A stretch of 64,000 bases of DNA from Squalus acanthias (lineage: Eukaryota). A model generated the notes under the pieces. The model saw only the letters and a program-made list of their open reading frames with translations, searched no databases and had not been told where the DNA came from. The position numbers were made by a program, and so were the translations under genes. The stretch is taken from positions 5,828,001 through 5,892,000 of the forward strand of contig CM059433.1 of assembly GCA_030390025.1 (NCBI GenBank), read 5' to 3'. Shown here one piece after another: positions 54,810 to 64,000 of this stretch; position 1 is the stretch's first letter, and each line of letters starts with the position of its first letter.

Positions 54810-55295
54810 GGAGTGATCAGCGTGGGATCGTACCTGGGCTCTTTGAAAGAGCTAACCAATTAGTCCCACTCCCCTGCTCTTTCCCGTTGGCCCTGCAAAT
54901 TGTTCCCTTTCAAGTATTCATTCAATTCCCTTTTTAAGGTTATTGTTGAATCTGCTTCCACCACCCTTTCAGGCAGTGCATTCCAGATCATAACAACTCG
55001 CTGCGTAAAAAAATTCTCCTCACGTCGCCTCTGGTTCTTTTGGTAATCACCTGAAATCTGTGACCTCAGGTTACCAACCCTTCTGCCACTGGAAACAGTT
55101 TCTACTTATTTACTCTGTCAAAACCATTCATGATTTTGAGCACCTCTGTTAAATCTCCCCGTAACCTTCTCTACTCAGAAGAGAACAACCCCAGCTTCTC
55201 TAATCTCGCCATGTAACTGATGTCCCCCATCCCTGGTACCATTCTAGCAAATCCCCTTTGCACACTCTCTAAGGCCTTGACATCGTTCTGAAAGG
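54810..55295 (-). mobile_element. CR1 3' fragment
   Basis: Reverse complement contains ttttacgcagcgagttgttatgatctggaatgcactgcctgaaagggtggtggaagcagattcaa. A similar short tail lies at ~59728-59883. Confidence 0.75.
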
Positions 55296-56628
55296 TTGAG
55301 CAGGAAATCTTATTTTCCAGTCTTCAGCCAATTCTGCTTTAAATCAGTGTGTAGGAAATGTACAGATGTGATCTGAGTTGATTTGCCCTCGTCTCCCAGG
55401 GAATTAAGTTGTCTTCAATTGACGCAAATACAGAATGCCTTTAGTGTAGGCTACTAGTTGGTTACGTTTCAGCTCTGTCGAAAATGGCGAGGGACTAGGA
55501 ATAGAGGTCAGCCTGATGAGCAAAGTGCTCTTACATTGCATGATACAGTCCATGATAGAACCTGCAACTCTACCCAGATTAGGTTGCATCACCTTGTGTA
55601 GTGAGGCACACGACTTGCTCATCGGCACAATATTTATGAGGATCCTTTGCTTCATCAGCGGCCATTGACGTAGTCACGAATCAACTCAGCAGGACCTGTG
55701 GCCTTTCTGTGCCTCTGCTTGTCTTCACCCACCACCCCACCCATGATCATCCTGCGTCGCCTCATCAAACTCACTTAAGAACCTTTGGAGGGCGTGTTTC
55801 TATTCTGGTGCCTGCTTTGAATGATGTGGGTGGTGTAGAGTTCTGAGATGCGGAGTACCAGCTTCTTTCCTTCTGGGCTTATGCTGCGCTGTCAATATAA
55901 AAGCTAACAACATCTTTCTACAGTGCTCGTGCTGATGTACAGAGAGAAATCTCAGAGCCGAGTTGAGAGTAAAACAGTGGAAACCAAACAGGATGGGAGA
56001 AGGAAATGCTGGAAAAATTAAGGGGACAGAGAATTTGTCAAAAAGGGAAAGGTTCTGAAAACAGAGAGGGAAGTGACAAGGTGGAGGAATTCAGGGAGGG
56101 AGTTAGAGGGCAGGGCCTAATGGCTGAAAGAGAGGTGCCAATGGTGGAACAGACGGAGCGGGGAACCAAGAGTTACCCAGTGTCAGCGCAGACAGGCCAT
56201 GTGGTGACATTTGCCTGGAGGAGATTGCTGAGGTGGTGCGGAGCAAGACCACAGATTGATTTGAAAGACAAAATGAGATCTTGAGGTCACTTCACTGGGA
56301 TAGGGAGTGCCAGTGGAGCTTGAAAAGGACAGAGTGATGGGGCGTGGAACTTGGAAGATACAAGACATGGTTTTCTGAATAAGTTGTAGTTGGTAGATGA
56401 TGGAAATAGGGAGTTTGGCTAGGAGACCATTGGAGAAGCTGAGCTTGGAGATGACAAGGACAGGAATTAGGGGTTTGCCGGGAAAGGGGAAAAGATGGGG
56501 TTGGAGAGGAGTCTAGCACAGCCGTTAACTTACAACAGAAGTAAGGCTTATATGGATCTTTGGTAATATTCCAACAATTTGACTGTTCCACACACTACCA
56601 CGTGTGTATGATAATCACGTGCACATAC

Positions 56629-56757
56629 CTTGGCACACACTGTTCTCACTGGTCCCACTCATATGGAAGCCGGCATCACAGCTGCAGTGTTGGGTCCTTT
56701 CAAACTTTGCACAGCGAGGCTTCCGACTAAAGGACAGGTCACTTAACGCACTCCATT
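56629..56757 (-). CDS. FBLN7: Fibulin-7 next internal exon (EWSALSDLSFSRKPRCAKFERTQHCSCDAGFHMSGTSENSVCQ)
   Basis: Lies within ORF 56615..56878. Matches recalled human EGSVAGDSAFSRAPRCAQVERAQHCSCEAGFHLSGAAGDSVCQ. Donor CAAG|gtatgt at 56628. The available in-frame acceptor tgcag (56759-56758) gives 129 nt, phase 1-1. The 5' boundary is uncertain (see findings). Confidence 0.9.
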
Positions 56758-57277
56758 CTGCAGCAACGGGGGCGGAGGAAATGACATCGATTTTTGTACT
56801 GGTCTCTGTTTTTAACAGCACAACGATTACAAGAAGCCTGTAACTGCAAGTTAGGTACCTTGGGATTGAAATTCCCACTGATGTTAAATTTTAGCAAAAG
56901 AAGTTGGCGTGAGTACAAAGGTTTTAACTAAATTTAATGATTCCCCTACCCCACACTTCTATTTATACTGGATCCTGGTTCGATATTTGTTTTGTTTGGA
57001 TGATGTCACTCAATGGAGAACACGGGTTTATACTTTCCCCATCTGATTTACTGAATCATGCTGCAATGAGGTGTTATTGGGCAGAGACCCAGCCCTTTGT
57101 AGAACACATTAATGATGTTTCTAGAAATGGGAAACACAGGAATTCATCCCACTATTTTTTGGAAGTGTTGTTAACACATTATGAGCTCAGGGAATTGTCC
57201 TTCAGGGAAACCAAAGGGAGAGGGATGGGCAATAATTAAAATAAATCTAAAATTAAATCCTTTAAATTTAGGAATTT

Positions 57278-57590
57278 CAACAACAACAACAACTTGCATT
57301 CACATAGCGCCTTTAACGTGGTAAAGTGTCCCGAGGCAATTCACAGGAGTGTAATCAGACAAAGATAGACACCGAGCCAAAGAAGGAAACATTTGGGCAG
57401 GTGACCTGGTCAAAGAAGTAGGTTTTGAGGAGCTTCTTAACAGAGGAGCTAGAAGCGGTGAGGTTCAGGGCGGGAATTCCAGAGCTCAGGGTGCAGACAG
57501 CTGAAGGCATGGCCACCAATGGTGAGTCGAAGGCAGTGTGGGTGCACAAGAGGGCAGAGTTGGAGGAAGGCAGCCAGGTAGCACAGTGGG
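57278..57590 (-). mobile_element. L2-like LINE 3' end
   Basis: (CAA)n tail followed by cttgcattcacatagcgcctttaac. A shorter relative lies at ~609-700. Confidence 0.6.
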
Positions 57591-57832
57591 CTGATGAGGT
57601 CATCCATGTTTTGAGAGTCAGATTTGACTCTGCCCTGTGGATCTTACATGATCAGAGGGTTGGGGTCTGCTCCAGGGAGGAAAGACTTCGTCACCGTCTT
57701 TGAAGCTTAGGATTGTTTTGATTCAAGGGAGGGCTGTGGTAATAAAAAGAAGTGATCAGTTCTAAAATGTTTATTAACACGTTTCTGCAGCCTCTTGACT
57801 GAGCACACGCAAGATGGAAATGCTTCCAAAAG

Positions 57833-58296
57833 GTGTTAGCTGTGGCTCAGTGGGTAGCACTCTCACCTCTGAGTTAGAAGGTTGTGGGTTCATAGTCCCA
57901 CTCCAGAGACTTGAGCACAAAATCTAGGCTGACACTTCAGTGCAGTACTGAGGGAGTGCTGCACAGTCGGAGCTGCCGTCTTTTGAATGAGACGTTAAAC
58001 CGAGGACCCATCTGCCCTCTCAGGTGAACGTAAGAGATCCCACGGCACTATTTTAAAGAAGAGCAGGGGAGCTCTCCCCGGTGTCCTGGCCAATATTTAT
58101 CTCTCCACCAACATCACTGAAACAGATTATCTGGTTATTATGTTATTGCTGTTTGTGGGAGCTTGCTGTGCACAAATTGGCTGCTGCGTTTCCTACATTA
58201 CAACAGTGACTACACTTCAAAAATTGGCTGTAAAGCTCTTTGGGACATCCCAACGTTGTGAAAGGGGCTATATAAATGCAAGTCTTTCTCTTTCTT
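57833..58296 (+). mobile_element. tRNA-derived Deu-SINE (SacSINE1-like), full length
   Basis: TGGCTCAGTGGG A box, GGTTCATAGTCC B-box-like motif, same body and tail as 15045-15494. Confidence 0.85.
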
Positions 58297-59486
58297 AAGG
58301 TTGTGCAGATTCCAGAAGTTAACTTTGTAAAGCAAATGGATTCTATCATGAATTGCTAAGTCGGTCCCAGCTCGAGCTGTATTGTTGTAATTTAGAAATT
58401 GAGTTTTGTTGTTATGCTTTTGATGATTTAGATTCTGTCAATTTGTGTGAACTGTTAGTCACACAGTAATATTCAAGACTAGGCCTTAGGAGAAAGCCAG
58501 TGATGTTTAGGACCATCAGCTGAATTGTCAAATCATTTCTTTTAAAAATATATCTATTATTTGGGCAAAAATAAAACCGTGTTCTACTTTCCAGTAGTGC
58601 TCAGCTAGAAATGAGGGTTGGGATCGCACGGTATGAGATATTATGAAATCCTGTTGCTCACTATATTAATCAGTTAATGACTTGGTAAAAATAGCAGTGA
58701 CAGGAATCTCATATGAAGCCGCTAACATTTTGTTCTAATATTGCACAGATTACACAGGTCACAAATTACTTTTTTGAATTCCAAAAAAATGTTAAACAAG
58801 TGAAATCTCAGAGCAGTCAGACAGACCATAGTGTAAGGAAGGCCTTGCCAAGGAATAATCTTTCAACGTCGTCCAGTCAGTCCCGGGTTCTAAGCATCCG
58901 AAGGTTTATTGGCAGCTAAAGCACAGCCATTAGAGTTGGACTCTAATTCTCACCTGGACATAGCTACCCAAAGGACCAGCAAACACGAGTAATTATAATC
59001 TCGGAATCGGAGCGGTGTATTGCTGAGAAGCTGTCACTCAGCCTTCTCATCCTGCTCTCCGATATTTGTCTCTTAAAAACAAGTTAAAATGTTATTCACC
59101 CAACATGACCACATTCCCCGAGTGGAATGTGCGTGCGGCCCACACGATAAGAACTGCACTTCAAAGAGAAGCTTCTGGAACGGATTCCACACGGTTTAAA
59201 AAAATAAAACCACGGCATGTGCAAAATTCCTTCATAATTCAGAGGGGGAAAACGCCTTTCAATTCTTTTTTTAGGTTAACAGATTAAATTTTATAAAGTA
59301 CGCCTTTGTAAAATTCCTCCCAGCACATTCCCACGTTAATACACTTGAAGGAGTCTGAGCTGTTTGCTTCATGACTCTTGTTGAGATTTTTAACACCCCT
59401 GATTTCTAACACTCTCACTGGAACAAGATCCCGTGCTTACTTTCCCAAATCCAGCCGATTATTTAACCTTCCCAGATGTTACAAAC

Positions 59487-59612
59487 CTGTCTGCACTGGA
59501 TACCGACAGTGGCTCCCTGTCCAGCTGTTTGGGCAAGAACATGTGTATTGGTTCACAGCATCCACACACGTCCCTCCATTCTGGCAGGGGTTGCTGGCGC
59601 ATTCGTTCGTTT
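59487..59612 (-). CDS. FBLN7: Fibulin-7 internal exon, EGF-like domain ([42 protein letters not shown])
   Basis: 126-nt phase 1-1 exon with acceptor tttctttcatag and donor G|gtttgt. Six-cysteine EGF pattern. It matches human FBLN7 as I recall it ([41 protein letters not shown]). This frame is not in the supplied ORF list. Confidence 0.93.
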
Positions 59613-60092
59613 CTATGAAAGAAATCAAACAGGTTTAAAAAAATGGGTATGACGAACAACATAGTCCAGGTAAAGATTTAGCCAGATCTTTTAAATCGCT
59701 TCTTGGGGCTTCCAGTGACATTTCTGAACCATAGAAGCATAGAATCATACAACCCATCGTGCCAGTCATGCTGTTTGAAGGAGCTCTCCAATTAGTCCCA
59801 CTCCCCTGCCCTTTCCCCATAGCCCGGCAAAATTTTCCCCTTCAAGTACTTATCCAATTCCCTTTTGAAAGTTATTATTGAACCCAACATAAAATGCAGT
59901 TCAAAAGAAATGTAAGGGGTTTTTGTCTCGGGCTTATTTGTAGGTCAGCCAGTTATGTTTTCCTGGACTGTCCTGCGCCCGCTATGCGGTTGCGAATCGC
60001 TATCCCTTATTATTAGTTCTGAGCCCAGGACTTATCGAGCGGCGATAAGGACAAACGAACAGACCCGTGGATTGGTGCGAGGAAAACCAATG

Positions 60093-60098
60093 TTTATT
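60093..60098 (-). terminator. LTR polyadenylation signal
   Basis: AATAAA on the minus strand, ~180 nt before the LTR 3' end. Confidence 0.6.
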
Positions 60099-60435
60099 TA
60101 CAGAAGTAAAACTACAGAGAAACAGTATCATATGAAAACGGTTTTACACTTGGCATGGGAAGAGAACGGACACATCGATGGAAAATCCTAAAATTACAGT
60201 TTTAGCAATATCCCCATTAATCCCCACCCTTAATGCCTAACTAAAATTGTCTTGCGACAGCCAGAAGAAAGATAATGCTCACCGGTGAAATGGATGGAAA
60301 AACCTGGCCCTGTGCTCTGTTTCTGCCGTCGACACGTGGCTCCGAAATTTCTGGAAGTCTTCTTTCTTAGCTGCTGGCAGACAGAGCGAACCGAGGGTCC
60401 AGGCAGAGAGAGAGAAAAATGGCTGGGTCTTCCCA

Positions 60436-60441
60436 TTTATA
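60436..60441 (-). promoter_or_regulatory. LTR TATA box
   Basis: GGGTATAAATGGG on the minus strand, ~455 nt into the LTR. Confidence 0.65.
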
Positions 60442-60896
60442 CCCCTCCCGGACGCCCTAATCTTCCCACCGATCAGCACATTTCTATTGTCTGATCTGAG
60501 CATGATGAATTTTAACAAAAGGTACTGGTCTCGGCCCATCATGCTAGATGGCCGGTAATGGTGTGATACCAGTTCTTCAACTGCCACCCTATTATTCGAC
60601 AGGTTGGATGATTGTCCAGAACAGTTCTGTTGATGGGCCCAGCGCCGTCTCAATGTCCCCGCCGATTACTTGAGCAAACACCTTGAAAGCCTTATGCATA
60701 GACCTGATTGTATTGCATAACGAAAGGTCCTGTCCTGTTGCAGACATCGGAATACACAAGCTGACACGAGGTCCGACCGCGGCCATTTTATGCCCTGGAT
60801 TTTTAAAACTCAGTCTGACCAGGGTTTGAAATTAATAAGTCCAACAACAAAAATCTTCGGCGGGGGGGAACACATGAAATTTTGCGAATCCTTTCA

Positions 60897-60905
60897 GTCC
60901 CCCCT
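60897..60905 (-). other. Polypurine tract (AGGGGGGAC) abutting the LTR
   Basis: Minus strand ...ccacAGGGGGGAC|TGAAAGG, the canonical position of the plus-strand primer. Confidence 0.8.
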
Positions 60906-61238
60906 GTGGAGACTTAAACTTGCTTGAAGTGTCCATACGAGGTGAACAAAATTTCTGACTGTCGCAAACAACCTTCCCCTTTATTTACCTATCCCAATTC
61001 CCCCGACACGTACATTCCCCCACTTGGAGAATAACCACAGTGTACAGCAGGCATTTTAGATAGGAAACAAATTCTTTTCCAGTAATCCCAGCACGGAGGG
61101 GGTCCAACATACCCCTGCACCACTTGGGATAAAACAGTTTTTTTAAATCAAACAAAAAAACAACAAACGGAGGGGACCATCTTTATTAAAAATAATAAAA
61201 TGAGGCCGCCATTACTCGGAAGTGGTGCGACACGGAAT

Positions 61239-61768
61239 TCACGCGAGTGTCTCGTCTACCCGAGCATACTGGTCCCTCCAGACCCTTTGGGTTCTTGCTA
61301 CTGCCTCGGGACCCTTTTTCCGACACTGGACGCAAACCAGGTAGAGGACGATCCCAAGCTGACAAATTACGAGCGCATGTGATGCCAGACGAATCCAGGA
61401 GGGGACCTCGATATTCTCAAAGATGTCCCACCAGGGTGGGGTCGTAATATCCAGAATATCGGCCCCTATCTGGATAGTCTGCTGCTCCAGTGTATAAAAA
61501 TGCTTTTGCGACACTACTATGGCCCTTAATAGTTTAATGAGGTGTTCTGGGAGAGGGGGAATCTGGTAGCCGAAGTGAGCCACATACTTTTGGAGGTTGG
61601 TGAAATTCTCTCTTACAGTTAGGTGAACCGTGGATGGTTCAGGAATGGGGACAATTCGTTCCTGGGCCACTTGAACTTCTGCCTTGGGTTTAAAGCAGAA
61701 GCTGCTGTCACTCACCGCGCACCAGCTGTGCTGTCCGTGCTGGTAGTGAGACGCTCCTGTGGTGACGC
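61239..61768 (-). CDS. env: Envelope/fusion glycoprotein, 3' part with transmembrane helix and cytoplasmic tail
   Basis: ORF 61239..61910 from CVTTG onward: PPWWDIF pre-TM segment, TM LASHALVICQLGIVLYLVCV (~61388-61329), basic RKK, and a YARV (YxxPhi) tail motif. It joins the 5' part in frame (GGGTY|CVTT) once the MITE and one TSD copy are removed. Confidence 0.87.
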
Positions 61769-61771
61769 AAT

Positions 61772-62514
61772 GGCCCAGAAATTGATCTCGCTCTGTTCCC
61801 GCGGGGGTAAGGAGCAGGCGCGATCTCTCACTCCGCGTTGGCTTTTTCAGATCCAGCTCGCACGAACTTGATGTTCCAGACATCAGCTGGGCAGTGCTTG
61901 CATATCCCACCGGCGTAGAGAATTTGTGCGAGCTGTGGGATCACGTGACTCAGTTAGAGCCAATGGCAGCACACCATCTTCCATTCATAAGTTTCACATA
62001 CGTGCTGTGAAAGCTATGAATCTTACACCCCCCCAAAATAACAGCTAAACCTCAATTAAATTTTAAAAAAAACCATCACATTAATAAAATAAGTATAGTT
62101 AAATAAATTAACCATTTTAAATAAAAAATTAAATTTTTGAAAAAATTTAAAATCTTTTAAAAAGTTATAAAAATAAACTTACCTGTCTTTAAAGTCTCTA
62201 AAAAAGATATACCTGTTAAAAAAAATTCAAAAAAATACTTAATTCACTACTTACCTTGTTAAAAGTGGGTCTTACTCCTCCTTTTTCCATTTCTAAAATC
62301 TTCCGTCCTTACCTGCGCGTCCAAAGCACGAAGTGCATAGCGTGCGCGCAGCCTGTAGCACGCACGCGATGCACCGAGGAACCGCCCCCTTTTCAAAAGA
62401 CCAAGTGCCGGTTTTCAGCACATGCGCAGGGCATGCAGAAAACCGGCAATTGGAGAGAGAATACGCGAGAGTACACAGTGCGTACTCTCGCGCAGCGGGA
62501 TGAATTTTTGGCCC
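61772..62514 (-). mobile_element. PIF/Harbinger-type MITE inserted in env (743 bp)
   Basis: TIRs GGGCCAAAAATT / GGCCCAGAAATT. 3-bp TSD aat at 61769-61771 and 62515-62517. AT-rich core homologous to the element at 39335-40100. Confidence 0.85.
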
Positions 62515-64000
62515 AATATGTCCCACCTCCTATATATGCTACCTGTGGGGGAACATGGCCTTGTGCCATGGCTTCCATGGTACAATTTATAGGTTTCGCG
62601 TCAGCAGCTCTGAACCCACATTGTGGTTTCGAATAGGCATTCAAGTGCTGGGGACACAGGATGATGTGTGCTCCCCGGCTACGGCACCCCGAGAGGTCAT
62701 TACCCGTCATAGCATGATTCCACTTTATGACATAGGGCGGGACCACTGCAAAATGAACGTGTACACCCCCCTGAATGACACCAATGTTCTCCACCCTGTA
62801 TACCGGCGCGGGTCGGGCCGTCCTGCCCATGACCGGCATCCTTACTATTATCCCCATGATAGTGTGGTTGGAACGTCCACAGTCCACTGGGACTGGGTAG
62901 GCCTCGGAAGCTAGTCGGAGCTGGCACGGGCTTAATGCGTTCTCAAAAGGGTGGAGGGCTGCGAGGTGCTTGTTGCTGATCCAGGAGGGGACCAAACCCT
63001 GTTTTAAGTCCTCCAGATTTCTGCGGCCCTCGCCCAGCAACCATGCCCCGTACAGTACGCACACCTCGTTCTGCGCAGCTTGATCGGACGCATTCCGATC
63101 CTCCCTAATGAGCGCATTCACCGTCTTTGCATGTATCTCCAGCTCCACTATGATCTCCTTTAGATGGAGCGTCATGGCCTGGTCTTCATGCAGTTCCGAA
63201 CCCACTACCTTATTCTCATCAGTTAAGACCTTCTTTAATTGGGTCTTCAGACCGTTGATCTGCGTCTGCAGTTCAATGTCGTCGAAACTATTATTAACTG
63301 AAGACCCCACATTAAAACCCGTTAAAACATCATTAACAGTACCCCTTCTCTGTCTCCCCACCCCATCCCAAGCCTCGTGGCTATGTGTATACAATTTGGT
63401 CTTATCGATCTCTGCAAAATCGAATTTGTAAAACTTTTGAAATGTTTCCCTTAAGAGGGCTTGATATAGTTTAGCGGTCTCTGCAGGGCACCACGCGGGC
63501 AAGTGCACCTCAGTGAGATTTAAGATCACCGAGGCCACCGCGTAATGCACCCCTTGATAGAGCACCTGGTCTGTGGGTACCAGCACCAGGCCGTTCCCTG
63601 GTCCCTTGGTGGTGGCGGGGCATCCCTCTGCTACAGTCCGTGACGTCGGGGTCGTGGGTAGGGGCTGTCGGGGACGGGTCACTAATTCAGTGGCATTAAC
63701 CGAGATTGGGGAGTATGGGATCGCGCATGCATCCAGGCGCGACCCCCAGTCCATCCCCCTCCCGTTATCCTGCCACTGGCTGTGGAAAATGATGGAAATG
63801 CCCGTGGGGCAGACTCTCTCTGAACCCCACATACAGACATAGATCCCCTGATCCGGTTCCCACCATTTGTCCCAGCACACACTTAACCCTCCCTGGGTCC
63901 CCGTGATGGTCCTGTGGGTGTCGTTCCCTAACCTTTCCCATTCTACCCTGGGGTTCCCCATGTCTTTGCTTAATTTTCTGAGCCACCACCACCTATCCAG
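62515..64000 (-). CDS. env: Envelope/fusion glycoprotein, 5' part (start lies beyond the window; interrupted by a MITE)
   Basis: The frame of ORF 62393..63961 stays open to the window edge (LDRWWWLRKLSKD-MGNP). It contains furin site RQRR at 63355-63344, a heptad-like ELQTQINGLKTQLKKVL, many Cys, and N-glycosylation sequons (NDT, NAT, NLT, NNS, NAS, NHT, NCT). Confidence 0.87.

Larger units (their letters stand above)
59911..60896 (-). mobile_element. 3' LTR of an endogenous retrovirus / env-bearing LTR element (986 bp)
   Basis: Minus strand reads TGAAAGG...CCCCTTACA (TG...CA, imperfect terminal inverted repeat). A purine tract lies immediately before it, it contains TATAAA and AATAAA in the right order, and it sits ~340 nt downstream of the env stop. 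Confidence 0.88.

Noticed and set aside
57833..57905. tRNA gene
   Set aside because: The A/B boxes belong to a SINE head that continues into a Deu-like body; same for 15420-15494.
59459..59662. Listed minus-strand ORF ([13 protein letters not shown]...)
   Set aside because: Wrong frame over the FBLN7 EGF exon; the real frame is [10 protein letters not shown]...

Overview
Eukaryotic, vertebrate DNA, most likely from a cartilaginous fish (inferred from CR1 LINEs with (TCTATGTT)n tails, Deu-domain SINEs of the SacSINE1 type, and a dispersed ~63-bp GTGTAGAGGGAGCTTTACTCTGTATCTAAC repeat). Most of the window is transposon-derived. The only host gene I recognise is fibulin-7 (FBLN7): two minus-strand exons at 59487-59612 and 56629-56757. 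I could not find its downstream exons in the following 56 kb. Just upstream, in the same orientation, is the 3' end of an endogenous retrovirus-like element: a 986-bp LTR, a polypurine tract and an env. The env is interrupted by one Harbinger-type MITE and is otherwise stop-free. It resembles an F-type (paramyxo/baculovirus-F-like, lokiretrovirus-like) class I fusion protein, and appears to carry an N-terminal immunoglobulin-like domain on a Pro/Thr-rich stalk. Positions 19.4-51.2 kb are a nested set of tandem duplications with periods of about 1.85, 5.0 and 2.06 kb. Their junctions can be read at base level and suggest that a CR1 insertion created a ~3.9-kb target duplication. All family assignments come from pattern recognition and recalled sequences; no searches were run.
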